This document shows, piece after piece, positions 1 through 12,362 of a stretch of 64,000 nucleotides of DNA. The DNA comes from Octopus sinensis. Taxonomy: Eukaryota. A program made the translations under genes and the position numbers. Location: the NCBI RefSeq assembly GCF_006345805.1, contig NC_042997.1, positions 23,374,001 to 23,438,000 of the forward strand. Direction: 5' to 3'. The notes beneath the pieces were generated by a model. The model was not told where the DNA came from. It ran no database searches and saw only the letters and a list, made by a program, of their open reading frames with translations. The first letter of the stretch is position 1. Every line of letters begins with the position of its first letter.

Positions 1-331
1 GTTAAAAAGTATAGCAAATCTTCCTCAAATTACACATGGCCTTTAAAAATTGGGAAAGAAAATGGGATAATCATAGTTCAAATGTATTTCAATCATAGGT
101 TTGTTTGATTGAGGTTGATCTGGGAAAAAACAAGACAAATTTTACTCAGTTGATTTTTGTGAACTTGGTAACCAATTCATCACATCATATGAATGTCTTT
201 CCCTTCCTGATTATGATCTAGAATCAATAAAAGAAGTACAAATAATATCTTAATTAGCTGTTTTAATTAACTTTAAAATATTCTATATCATTGTAGTTCA
301 TATCAAAAGAAAAAGTTACCAAAATATTTAC

Positions 332-410
332 CTTAATTCCAGCATCAAACCTGGTTACAGCATTTACAGTCCTGATAAGAGCATTTGTTGTTGGTTGGCG
401 AGACAAAACC
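332..410 (-). CDS. PM20D1: PM20D1-like coding exon 8 (gene continues off-window)
   Basis: 79 nt, tttaag acceptor, gtaaat donor. Encodes VLSRQPTTNALIRTVNAVTRFDAGIK (the 'NA.IRT..A.T.F.AG.K' motif). Confidence 0.93.
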
Positions 411-559
411 CTTAAAGGCAAATAAAATTCAGACATTAAATAAGTAGGTTCAAGTAGTCAGCTATTATTTCATCAATGTCTAGTGAGCTATTTCTTTTTT
501 ACTCATGAAATTTTCTTATGCAATATGAAATTGTAATAAAATTAATTACTATTCACAGA

Positions 560-1096
560 TTGCAATGTCAGTGTGTATGTACAACATAGTGTAAACATCT
601 TGAGAGAAAAATTGGGCATAACAAGCATCAGATGTGGTGTGCAAGAGAGAAGATTGCACTGATATGGTCATGAGATGTGTATGGATGAGGACAGCAGCAT
701 AAAAAAGTGCTGATCTCTAACTGTGGAGGGAACCTGTGGAAGAGGTAGTCTCAAGAGGACATGGAACAAGGTGGTGAAGCATGGTCTTTAAATGTTGGGT
801 CTCATAGAAGCGATGATAGGTTATCAAGACCTTTGGTGATTTGCTGTGCTTGAGAAGACTCATCAAGCCAAGTGAAATTGTAGTCATGGACAGTGTCAGT
901 GATATGTAAAAAGCACTAGTGCCAGTGACACACGAACAGCATTTATGCTGGTGACATATAAAATGTACCCACTACACTCTTAGAGTGGTTGGTGTTACAA
1001 TGGGCATCCAGCTGTAGAAACCAAGCCAAAATCAGTTCTAGTCAAACCATCTAACTCATGCCAGTACGGAAAATGGATGCTAAATGATGATGATGG
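560..1096 (+). mobile_element. RTE-clade LINE 3' fragment with (GAT)n tail
   Basis: Degenerate LREKLGITSIRCGVQERRLH*YGH...TCGRGSLKRTW. The 3' UTR shared with many copies ends in gctaaatgatgatgat. Confidence 0.8.
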
Positions 1097-1552
1097 AGAT
1101 ATTTTCAAGTATAATAAAACCATATACTTAAAAATAACTGACTGAAATATAATCAAATTGTGAATAATAAAGTGATTAAATAAATGTGTAAATATCTAAG
1201 TCTTTTGTACAATTGTTATTTTATTGTGTTAGTTTTGTTCTTCATGTAAAAAATAGAAACCAAATAGTCAACAATAGAATTACAAATACCCTTAACGTAA
1301 TCTTAATATGTGACTGGAAATAATTAATAGATACTAATGACTAAAATACAATGTTAGAAAATACAATGTTAGAAAATACAATGTTAGAAAAAGAGAGGAA
1401 AACTTATCTGTAAGATTCATTAAAAAGATAATAGTTTTTGTAAACTAAGATGAAAAACATTATTTTCTGAAGCCAATTTTGTTTCATAGTACAATGGAAA
1501 ATAAAATAGTATACAACTTAATTCCAGTACATAACAGGTTTGGAAAACTTAC

Positions 1553-1614
1553 CATGACACAAGAGGTCTGAATAACCAAAGATTGGACAGAAACATACGA
1601 GGTAGGAAAGGCAA
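1553..1614 (-). CDS. PM20D1: PM20D1-like coding exon 7
   Basis: 62 nt, cag acceptor, gtaagt donor. Encodes LPFLPRMFLSNLWLFRPLVS(W), matching the PM20D1 'SNLWLF.PL' segment. Confidence 0.93.
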
Positions 1615-2041
1615 CTGTTCAAAATGAAATTAAAATAAAGTGACAAAATTACATTAATCTTAATACATTCAATCACTAAATTTCACTGGGTTTATCTGTC
1701 TTTTTATCAATACAGATTTATTTATTTTTATCCTTTTGTCATGAGAGATCTTTTCCATAGCCTCTAAGAATGGTGGCAGGGAGGGAGAGAGGAAGGTATC
1801 ATCAAACCATAGAACTGGCCTGAATGTTTGCATGAGGGTGGATTCTGCTAAAGGTAACCAAAGGTCAGGTAGTGGTATTAAACAGGAAGACAGATTAAGT
1901 TTATCACCTATTTACACTGGAACAGAAATTGTATGCCTAAAACCAATGTTTATTATTTTTAATTGGAAGAAAATTAGTCATCACTGAATAGTAGACAAAT
2001 TAAAATAACCATTAACTCATAACTCGCAAAAATTTAATATC

Positions 2042-3189
2042 TACAAGGATTGACTGAAAAATTCAAAGGCTGGCCAAGATACTTTCATGGAAAGTGACTG
2101 AATGAGATTTATTTTTCAACATAGTCCCCCTTGTGGTCTACACATTTCTTCTATTAGTGTTGCAGTGTTTAAATCTCATTGGTGAACAAGTTTCCATCCA
2201 GTTGTTAAAAAAAAATTATCAACAGCAGATAGGATATCATCATCACCATGATACTGATTCTCAGCCAAATGTTTTTCATGTTGGGTAACGGATGATAGTC
2301 AGATGGGGCCAAATCAGGAAAATAGGGAGGGTGATCAACCAGTTCAAAGCTATGGTCATGCACTGAGGCCATTGAAACCAAAGACTGTGCTGGAGCATCG
2401 TCCTGATGAACCTTTCATCAGTTTTCCCGGGCATTTGGTCTTGATAATCTTTCATAACTGCCTCAGCAAACTGGCAAAGTACTCTCCATTGATGGTGTAG
2501 CCCTTTTGATGATAATCAATAAACACAATGTTTCTTGCATCCTAAAAAACTGAGACTATCACATTCTTTGCACATAAAACAACCTTGGCCTTCTTTGGGG
2601 CAGGTGAGGAGAGGTGTTTCCACTGCATGGATTGTCTCTTTGTCTCTGGCTGAAAGTGATAAAACCAACGAGCTGGATCTGCTTCAAACAATGTCAGATT
2701 TTCATGTGATCAGTCTGGTGTGCTTTTGATCAGGTATCAAATGTGGCACCCACCAAGCAGAAGCCTTCATCATATCAAGTTCATTATGCAGAATATTCTC
2801 AATTCACAAGATATGCTAATAGTATTGACTATTAGCATATTCTCCCTTCCCCTCCCAAATTCAACTGCCCAGTTTTACAATGTTGATAAAACTGGAGCAT
2901 CATCCTGTAATGTAGCAACTATGTCAACATAATTGTCCTTGGGAGCTAAAGCATTTTCTGCAGGTACTTAATAACGCCACGATGCCAAATTTTGTCCATT
3001 TTCAAGAGAAGTAGCTGCTAGTTACTTAGTGACTTTTGAAGTCCTTTTTGAAAAGTGTGATGTCAGTTTAACCAGAAAGAAATAATGCATTTATTAATAA
3101 GAAGAGCAGAAATTAATGCATGCAAGATTTCATAGATCTAGTATCACTCCTTCAAAGTCAGCCTATAAACATTTCAGCCCACCCTTGTA
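2042..3189 (-). mobile_element. Mariner-family DNA transposon, internally deleted, both ends present
   Basis: Starts ta-caaggattgactgaaaaattc and ends cagcccacccttg-ta (TIR-like, TA flanks). The minus strand encodes PPYFPDLAPSDYH and WWVPHL remnants. Same family as 23572-26192. Confidence 0.88.
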
Positions 3190-3432
3190 TTTTACCATGT
3201 TTCCAGTGTTGATCAACTTGTGGTATTCTCCTTTATACCCAGGTTCTGAGAACATTTTCCAATTGATCAAATTCTTTTATTACTATACACTATATCAATA
3301 CAAACAAACTATATTCAACTTAGGTTTTCATGTAGAAGAAAAAAAAAGCATCTTTACTGTTAATAAGGTTTTGCAATTTTCTTAGTCTTGGTGAGGGATG
3401 GTGACTGATAATAATAATAATAATAATAATAA

Positions 3433-3847
3433 TTGTGTACAGTGCTCAGGTGCACTACAACTCATCTAAAGTGTATATATAATCAGGTGTAGTTTCGGCA
3501 GATTTCGGAAAGCATGAGGGCCTTAAAGGATGCAGTGTCATGGCAGTCAACAACTGACGCAGGCAGTTTATTCCATGCTTCAGCAACTCTGAGCGTGAAA
3601 AAATGTTTCCGAAAGTCATGGGAGCTGTGTTGTTTTCTGACTTTGTAGGCATGTCCACGTGTGTTAGACACATGGAGATCAAAAAGGTGTTCAGTGTTGT
3701 TGTTGGTGAGGTGGTTGATAACCTTGTGGGTGTTTACCAAGTCCGTTGCCAGACGCCGGAGCTTCAGTGAATCCATGCCCAGGGAAACAAGGCGCTCAGA
3801 ATATGGTAGGTGTCTGATGGAGGGTATGCGTTTGGTTGCACGTCTCT
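3433..3847 (-). mobile_element. CR1-clade LINE 3' fragment
   Basis: ORF 3483-3776: RGHAYKVRKQ...RKHFFTLRVAEAWNKLPASVV, a CR1 RT C-terminus. The 3' end runs into (TAA)n at 3408-3432. Confidence 0.9.
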
Positions 3848-4058
3848 ATTAGCATATCTTGTGAACTGAGAATATTCTGCATAATGAACTTGATATGATG
3901 AAGGTTTCTGCTTGGTGGGTGCCACATTTGATACCTAATCAAAAGCACACCAGACTGATCACAGGGGAAAATCTGACATTTCAACTTAAGTGTTATGATA
4001 TCTTCCTTGTTAAGCTGAATCACAAGATTCATGTGTTTCTTTCCTACATGTTCTTTAA

Positions 4059-4277
4059 CCCTTTAGTATTTAAACCGGCCATATCCGGCCAAAATATTTA
4101 ATCTGTTTTATGTTCAAACTGACCAGATCCAGACCCTCACACCTACCCTACAATGTTATTCTACATTAGGTAATTACACCATCAAGATCTTGAAGATATG
4201 AGATAATGCATGATTAATTCAAATCAATGTGAATCAATAAGCATTATGTTTGATAGAATAATCAGAACACTAAAGGG
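4059..4277. mobile_element. piggyBac-type MITE (TTAA-flanked)
   Basis: TTAA|ccctttagt ... actaaaggg|TTAA, 219 bp. Confidence 0.8.
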
Positions 4278-4602
4278 TTAAATAGAATACATAAAAATTT
4301 TTTAATAGTTTTTATATAATCAGTGATGGAAAAGGAGGGCATTCCTCTAATTTTCAGCTGATGGGGGAGAGTGCTTATAGTATCTAACTCTCACCATCTT
4401 TCCAATCACAACTTCACAGATCTTAGAATGCCCTAAGTTTATAAAACTTATTTCCCTCATTGCATAGAATACTCAGTTATGCTTATATATATATAAACCA
4501 GTTCTCCCTTCTCATTTATACATGTATACACAGAAAATAATATTGAGAATTTAAACTCTTATCAAAAAAGGAAACTATAAATAAAACTTTTTAAAATCCT
4601 AC

Positions 4603-4678
4603 CTTAGGAGCAAGATGTTCAAAAATAGCTCGTTCTACTCCAGTACCAAACAAATCAGGTTGTGGATTTGATTCAATT
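4603..4678 (-). CDS. PM20D1: PM20D1-like coding exon 6
   Basis: 76 nt, tttatag acceptor, gtagg donor. Encodes IESNPQPDLFGTGVERAIFEHLAPK; phases match both neighbours. Confidence 0.92.
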
Positions 4679-4944
4679 CTATAAAGGATATTGTTTAAAT
4701 GTACAAAATTTAAATTAATTTAAAATTAATAGATTGATATTAATATCAATAAAAGCAGAGGGTTAGTAGAAATAATAAAGTGCTGGAATAAAGGACCTTG
4801 TAGTATTTTGGTTGTTTTTGTGTCTGTATGTTTTGACTATATATATTATGCTGTCAACTTAATATTCCATCCTTCCATGGTTGCATGATGCAAATAATAA
4901 ACTTAGTATCATCTAATTAACTATATCACCTACTCACATCATCA

Positions 4945-5790
4945 TCATTTAATGTCTGCTTTCCATGCTATCATGGGTTGGATGGTTTGACTGAAAACTG
5001 GTAAGCCAGGTGGCTGCACCAGGTTTTGATTTGATTTGGCAAACTTTCTACAGCTGGATGTCCTTCCTAATGCCAATCACTCCAAGAGAGCAGTGGGTGT
5101 TTTTTTATGTGCCACCAGCATGGGTGCCATTGACCTGACACTGGCAATGGTCATGGCTACGGTCTCACTTGACTTGACAGGTCTACACAAACACTGTATA
5201 TTGCCAAAGGTCTTAGTCACTTGTTACTGCCTCCATGAGGCCCAACACTCAAATGGCACAGGCGCCAGGCAGAAACGTTAGCACGCCGGGCAAAATGCTT
5301 AGCGGTATCTCGTCTGCGTTACGTTGTGAGTTCAAATTCCGCCGAGGTCGACTTTGCCTTTCATCCTTTCGGGGTCGATAAATTAAGTACCAGTTACGCA
5401 CTGGGGTCGATGTAATCGACTTAATACCTATGTCTGTCCTTGTTTGTCCCCTCTGTGTTTAGCCCCTTGTGGGTAATAAAGAAATAGGTATCGGCTATGA
5501 CTGTAATTTCACTCAGTTTGACAGGTCTTTACAAGCACAGTGTATCACCCAATGATTGAAGGGTGCTTTTAACAGGCCAGTTATGCAACACTGGCATCGG
5601 CCATGACTAGGATCTCACTTGGCTTGACAGGTCTTCTCAAGCACAGCATATCTCCAAAGGTCTTGGTCACTTGTCATTGCTTCTGTGAGGCCCAACAATC
5701 AAAGATCGTGCTTGTACCATGTCTTCCTATGTCCACCTCTTCAACAGGTTCCCTCCATTGTTAGAGTGTTACACGTCTATCCAAAACAAA
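4945..5790 (-). mobile_element. RTE LINE 3' end with nested SINE
   Basis: catcatcat tail at ~4940, RTE 3' UTR and ORF-end remnants, interrupted by the SINE at ~5262-5486. Confidence 0.75.
5262..5486 (+). mobile_element. tRNA-derived SINE family A (octopus OR1-like), young copy
   Basis: B-box-like gagttcaaattcc, core gtcgactttgcctttcatcctttcggggtcgataaattaagtaccag, CpG retained. Other copies: ~10697-10931(-), 12800-13005(+), 37664-37892(-), 37985-38215(-), 38260-38473(-), 39995-40190(+), 61270-61430(+), 61443-61655(+). Family name from memory. Confidence 0.85.
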
Positions 5791-5902
5791 TTTTGTCTGA
5801 AAAAATATCTTTTTGTTATCATATTTCTGATAAAATACACAGCCTTCATTTCAATTAATTTTTAAAATAATAAAGAATTTCCTAAAATAAATTTAAATAT
5901 GC

Positions 5903-6330
5903 ATAGGCATGGCTGTGGCTGTATGGTAAGAAGCTTGCTTTTCAACCACATAGTTCCAGGTTCAGTCCCACTGCATGGCACCTTGGGCAAGTGTCCTTTA
6001 CTACAGCCCTGGGACAACCAAAGACTAGTGAGTGAATTTGGTAGATGGAAACTGAAAGAAGCCCATTGTGTGTGCATGCGTGTGTGTGTGTGTGTGTAAT
6101 AGAGAGAGAGAGAGAGTGTGTGTGTGTGTCTTGTCTGTCTTCCACCACCGCTTGACAACTGGTGTGAGTGTGTTTACATCCCTGTAACTTAGCAGTTCAA
6201 CAAAAGAGACCAATAGAATAAGTACTAAGCTTAAAAAGAAAATAAGTATTGGGCTTGATTGGTTCAACTAAAATTCTTCAAGGCCGTGCCCCAGCATGGC
6301 CACAGTCTAATGACTGAAACAAGATGAAGA
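5903..6330 (+). mobile_element. tRNA-derived SINE family B (octopus OR2-like)
   Basis: Head ggctgtatggtaagaagcttgc...ggttcagtccca, internal (TG)n/(AG)n, tail gactgaaacaag. Other copies: 13447-13865(+), 14145-14412 plus 15742-15913(-), 16030-16270(+), 17200-17610(-), 19168-19590(+), 47033-47410(+), 48050-48250(+), 49080-49260(-), 53923-54300(+), 61925-62315(+), 62560-62720(-). Confidence 0.85.
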
Positions 6331-6479
6331 ATGAAATTTCAATGGAAGGTTTAACAGGATCCAGTAAGCCACAGGTCTGTGTCGTGCTCCAGTGTCAGCT
6401 TTGGCATGATTTCTGTGGCTGGATGCTCTTCGTGACACCTTCCTATTTATCATCAGCTTCCAGGCCATGACAGAGGTAT

Positions 6480-6722
6480 TTAAAACCAGCTGCCCCTAGG
6501 GACTACTATATGCTGATGATCCAGTGGAATATGTAACACAATTAGGAAAGAAATTCCAAGTCTGGAAGTAAATCCTGAAATCAAAGGGCTTGAAAGTTAA
6601 CTTACCAAAGACTAAATAAAGTTCTAGTAAGCAAGACAAGACTCTACCAATTTCAGGTATGTAACCCTGCTCAATATGTAGAAAAGGTGTACACAGGAAT
6701 TCTATTTAGTGTACCTAGTGCA
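6480..6722 (+). mobile_element. RTE LINE RT fragment
   Basis: LLYADD motif followed by KFQVWK*ILKSKGLKVNL; homologous to 42735-43000. Confidence 0.75.
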
Positions 6723-6724
6723 TG

Positions 6725-7590
6725 TCTTTTTTTTCTCGGGAATATCTCAATGTATTGGTGAACAGTCAATGGTGTTGGGAAGCATAAAGATTAAAGCTGT
6801 AGTTGAAAAAGTGTTAGTTGACATGAAGGACTGGAAGCAATCTGAATATTCAAAAAGAGTTACCTGTGTTGTGATGATTCATGATGGATATCAAAATGCC
6901 GACATCATGATTGCAGCTGAATGTTCTGTGGACACTGTAAAGACTGTAAAACACAACCCATGTGATGTCACACATATCATGAAGTTCCTCTAAATTATGG
7001 TGGTCTTTCAGTGTGTCTCCAGCAAGAGAGACATCATACCGACCCACATCTTTGAACAAGGCCTTTGGCTCAATTCAGATACCTATGTGAAGCTGCTGGA
7101 GACTGTGGTCAAAATTTGTCTAGAGAGGGTTTCTGCTGGAAGGCCATACATGTAGAAGCAAAATTGACTCTTTGCCATACATCTAGAAAGAGTTAGAAGT
7201 GGTTGTCAGAGGATTTCCACAACTTCACCAGCCCCAATTTCTAATTTGCTAATTCCCTTGATTGTAATCCAATAGGATACTATGTGTAGGGTTTGGTTGA
7301 GAAAGACACCAACTGTTCTGCCTGAAACAGCAAGGCCAAGCTGGTGGCCAAGATCAAGGAGGTATTTGAAGATCTTCCAAGAGACACTGAGGAATGTATG
7401 CATGAGGTTCCAGAGCCATTTTGAGGCCTTGGTGGAAGTTGAGGGTGGCTACTTTGAGTAAACAGTTATCTCCCAGACCTAATCTAATTGACATTTTTTG
7501 AGTTTTTAAAATGCTCTTATTTCTGGATAGCATGTTGTGTTTTCTTTTCCTTTTATGTAAACTGTCAAATTTAGCCCAAACACCATGTGT
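6725..7590 (+). mobile_element. Tc1/mariner superfamily (maT/DD37D-like) deletion derivative
   Basis: Degenerate VSSKRDIIPTHIFEQGLWLNSDTYVKLLETVV...GRPY, then SLDCNPIGYYV (SPDxNPxDY-like) and EGGYFE*. Ends in aaatttagcccaaacaccatgt. Subfamily call is by motif resemblance. Confidence 0.65.
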
Positions 7591-7726
7591 GTGTGTGTGC
7601 ATGTATGTGTGGTGTGTGTGTGTATGTGTGTGTGCATACATGCACATACACGCGCGCACACACACAGACACCCCACACACCCCCACACACCCACATACAC
7701 ATACACACAAGATGTAAGTTACTTAC

Positions 7727-7846
7727 CTGTGTATAGCACCAGACAAAATGCCAATGACAGATTCACCATGAGGAATTGATGAATGACCAGCTGTTCCATT
7801 GACAGAAAGTTTCACAATTGCTTGACCCTTTTCAGCAACACCAATC
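7727..7846 (-). CDS. PM20D1: PM20D1-like coding exon 5 (AEKG...GHSS)
   Basis: 120 nt, tag acceptor, gtaagt donor. Encodes [39 protein letters not shown](R). Confidence 0.96.
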
Positions 7847-8249
7847 CTAGAAAACCAGGTAAAAATATTCAATGATTAGATTATAAAAAAAGGTATATCT
7901 TTTGAAAGCTCAATGCAAAGTTTTAAAATTTTCAAGCAAAAAATCCAAAATTTGTAAAAATACAGTAATGCTTCCATGTATATAATTCAGCCATAAGTGA
8001 TTTCCTAAAGTTCCCAAATATACCTTGAAATGGTTGCAGTATCTGATCAATCCATAAAACAAGATGTATGCTCAATCAGATCAGATGGCTTCATCTTGAA
8101 AAATTATCTGTATGATTGAATCAAAATCTACAGACACAATATGTGTGAGAAAAAGGGGAGAAATGGTTGTGAAGGTGGAATGCAACTAACAGGAAGAGAT
8201 AATTGTAGTAGTAATGTAATAGAAGGGCAGAGGGGAAAACTGCTTCTGA

Positions 8250-9780
8250 GAGGTAGAAGTTATAATGTGCAGTTCACATGGCCTTCTTTGGGGTATAATT
8301 TGTTAATATGAGGGGTAGTAATACTGTTCCATATAAGGGATCATTACTGTATTATGGGTCTCAGTTGTGTTTTGTAGAGGTTCAGAAGTTCAGTCACTTG
8401 GGGTGATTTTTAAAGTCTTTGTTTGCAAGTTGTTCATGATGAAAGAGGGTAAGAATACTTTCTTAATATAAACAGAAGTTCTGTTTTGGTACTGTTGAAA
8501 AAGATAAGATGGTCATATTGTCATCAGAAGGTGTTTTCTAGGTCTTGGTTTTCCAAACATTAGAGCACATCCAAGTCAATATAACATAGTTCACATAAAG
8601 TCCCTTAATGCATGTTGTGATAATGTAATCTGACGGGAATCCTCCATTCCAAGAGATGTGAGAAGAATAGAACCTAACAATGAGCAACTTAGCAAAGAAA
8701 TTCTCATATCAAACACAATTGGAAGCCTTACAGATGTCAATTGTAATCATATTGTTTTCACTGGACTTCCTAAGGAAAGGAGTGACCATTGGTGACTTAG
8801 TAGAGCTGGTCCCAGTAGATCTAGTTCTATAAAGCTGGACAGATCACTGGAGATTGAGTGATATTCAAGTTTTTAGAGAGAATGATTGTTTTCATCATCT
8901 TTGAGATGTTGAAAGAGCAGCAGGTTGATATATTGTAGATGCAGAGAGGTTTCCCTTATTAAGCATTGGATGGACTATTATATATTTCCAAATATTGGGA
9001 TCCTTACAGAAAGACAAATATTGAAGGGTTTGGTGAGGACAGGGGTTAACATTTGAGGATAATGGCACTGATCATTGTCAGGGGGTTCAGCCTTATTGAT
9101 CTAATGTAACCAGAAGCATTTTTGCACTTGGTATGTATTAGTGTGGAGAGGACAAAGAAAGATTTTGAGGAGTTTTACTGAGTGTGTGCATTGTAAAGTT
9201 GAAAGGAAAATGAGCAATAAATGTAATAAAAGTCTACAAGATTGTTGTTTATGGAGACATTTAGATGGATGATGATGTTGAGGATTCCACAAGGCTGGTA
9301 ATGATGTATTAATCTGAAGAATTAGCTGAAATTTGGAAGGTTAGAGGGCTTGAATTCTGTGCATTGCTCCAAAGTATATTTTACTTTTTGGATGAGTCTT
9401 GCATAAGTTGCTGTGGTGAGTAAAAGCAACATAGATTATGGTGAGGGTGGGTTTTTACCATGTTTACAGGGTGTTTCTTTTTTTTCATTTGCTTGTATCA
9501 CTGTAGTACAATTGAATTATTTTGGGATTTGGTGCTACGTATTTTGGTTGAGTGAAGGATTAAAGGGATATATATAAGCAGACAGCTCCTGCTACCTGCT
9601 TTGCTATCTCAGATGAGCCAGGTGAAGTATATTTATGATCAGCAATAGAATAAAACTTGTAGATTTCCAACTAGTTAGCTGACTTAATGTGCCATTGGGT
9701 TCTAGATTGTTGTGCAGTGTGGATATGTGGTAGGAAGCCTTGTTTTGGTTGTGGTTGAACAAGCCAATAAGTGCAGAGAC
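8250..9780 (-). mobile_element. Highly degenerate CR1/Jockey-group LINE RT
   Basis: Frameshifted RT remnants such as STGDQL, ITIDICKASNCV*YENFFAKL and ISAIILK. No intact ORF; boundaries approximate. Confidence 0.55.
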
Positions 9781-9972
9781 AATGATAGTTAAAGCATGAG
9801 TTTGACAATGAGAAAAAGATGAAATATGTCTGAGTTGTCTGCATGTAAATTGAAAGTATGAACAGACAATGATACTAGCTGTTATAGAAAGTATCTCTCT
9901 CAGGATACCACATATTTCAGTGATGCTACCTAAAAAATAGGTAAATAAAGAAAGGTCTGTAAATAAACTTAC

Positions 9973-10103
9973 ATGGCAACTGGATGTAAACCTTTAAAAA
10001 AATCTTTGGCTATTGAGAGGCCTTCATCCAATAGATATTCCAACTGAACACCTCGACTTTCAAGAGTCTGAGCTATATGATATGCTCCATCATAGCCAGT
10101 AAC
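9973..10103 (-). CDS. PM20D1: PM20D1-like coding exon 4 (LDEG)
   Basis: Not in the ORF track; translated by hand. tag acceptor, gtaagt donor, 131 nt. Encodes VTGYDGAYHIAQTLESRGVQLEYLLDEGLSIAKDFFKGLHPVA(M). Confidence 0.95.
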
Positions 10104-12362
10104 CTAAATGTAGTGAGATGATCACAGTAAAAAAAAAAAGAAAAAAAAGAGGCCTATATCATGTAATTTTTACTAAAATACAAAATATCCCTTCCCCTCT
10201 GTCTCATGTGCCTATCCACACACTCTCCTAATATTGTTCCTTACCCTTCTCCCAGCCTCTCTAATCTCCCTCACCATCACTTACTACAGTCATGTCTTCC
10301 CCCATCTCTAAACATTTCTTCTCACATTCTTATGAAATATTCCCCTCTATCCCCTCCGTACTACTTATACCCCCTCCCACCACCACTGTTCACTGTGGGT
10401 AGGCCCCAATACATCCCCAACACCATACATTTCTCTCTATATCTTTCTCATTCTGACTGTCTTTTTATCTTTCCCTCTAACCCTCTCCCACCTTCCTTCA
10501 CCTTCCTTGTCCAACAGGTTGGCCAAGTATTTCTCTTATAGTAAAACAACTATCCCTGTCCCTCTATCATGCTCTAACATCTCACCTACTACACAGCCAC
10601 TTCCCTTGGTTCTAATCCCTCTCTCAACTAAGAGGTCATTGTCTTGCAAGTTACTTGATGACCCTGTTGGGGCTGGTGCCATGTACAAAGCACCTATACC
10701 TATTTCTTTACTACCCACAAGGGGCTAAACAGATGGAACAAACAAGAACAGACGAACAGATTAAGTCCAATTATATCGACCCCAGTGCATAACTGGTACT
10801 TATTTAATCAACCCCGAAAGGATAAAAGGCAAAGTCGACCTAGGTAGAATTTGAACTCAGAATGTAGCGGCAGACGAAATACGGCTACACATTTCACCCG
10901 ACTTGCTAACGTTTCTGCCAGCTCGCCACCTATACTAGTGCCACATAAAAAGCACCTGTATCAATGATATGTAAAAAGCACCTGTGCTGGTGCCTCATAA
11001 AAAGCATCCAATACACTCTGTAAAGTAATTGGCAATAAGAAGAGCATCCAGCAGTAGAACCCGTGTCAAAATAGACAAATGGAGCCTGGTGTAGCTTTCT
11101 GGCCTATCAGCTCTTGTCAAACTATCCAACCCATGCCAGCATGGAAAATGGACATTGAATGATAATAATAATGATGTGTAAAGGATAAAGATTAGGAAAG
11201 AATTAGAGCAAATCAAATTTAAGTTAAAACCATGTCTTTTGTTGTTTTTTATTTTTGTTTTTTTCTAGTGATTATATTGTTGAGCAATATATACCATAAT
11301 GTTTATGAAAGCAATATAGACCATACTGTCATGTGCTTTTCAGAATAACTAAACAAATATATCTTGTGCCTGTGCTAGTAGGGTGTCAAGAGCACCATCC
11401 GAGCACGATCGTTGCCAGAGCAGCCAACTGGCTTCCGTGCAAGTGGCACGTAAAAGGGCACCATTCGAGCGTGTTACCAAAGTCGCTTTACTGGCACCTG
11501 TGCTGGTGGCATGTGTAAAAGGATTCAAGTGAGGTCGTTGCCAGTACCGCCTGACTGGCCCCCGTGCCGGTGGCACGTAAAAAGCACCCACTACACTCTT
11601 GGAGTGGTTGGCGTTAGGAAGGGCATCCAGCTGTAGAAACTCTGCCAAATCAAGATTGGAGCCTGGTGCAACCATCTGGTTCGCCAGCCCTCATTCAAAA
11701 TCGTCCAACCCATGCAAGCATGGAAAGTGGACGTTAAACGATGATGATGATGATGATGATCTTGATCTTATTTTTCTACAAAAAATATTTGATAGAATAT
11801 TGCACATAATGTAGTAAGGCTGAAGGCATAAATATGTATTATCAAGGAACCCAGCATTTTAAATTGAAAGCATTTCTATGTTGGCTTTTTTACTCAGACA
11901 CATGGCCAAATATTGTATGGAAGTAGCTGTAGCAAACTGAGCCAATTTCAGTATATTGCTGGTACTTGTATAATTGGCCCGAGAAATATTGAAGTGCACT
12001 CTGAATGTAGTAAGAGCTGAAATTTAGTCCAGAGTTGTGCTGTTTCTATCATCTCACTGCTGTTTCTATATGAAGAATATTAGCCCTTCCATTACTGCAC
12101 TTCTATTGAAATACACAACTTTTGTTTTAATTCATTTTCAAAATAACAAAGGATTTAGCAAAATAACTTTTCCCTTATTAAGCTGGTGTTTGCAACATAA
12201 ATTAGCATGAAATTTGATGGAAAATTTAAATTTAGATCACTTTAAAACAGATAGGTTGTATCATGGAACCAAAGGCAATTTTGGGTGGGTTGGCATTAAA
12301 AGGTTAATTACTGAAGGGAATATTTTGTACCTTTCATTAATCAATTAAGTCAAATACACACC

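Noticed and set aside
1761-1990. ~75-codon plus-strand open frame after ttttccatag
   Set aside because: Purine-rich and low-complexity, with no recognisable homology; likely a decayed repeat.
5262-5345. tRNA gene-like A/B boxes (also in other SINE heads)
   Set aside because: They are SINE heads followed by the SINE core; no complete cloverleaf.
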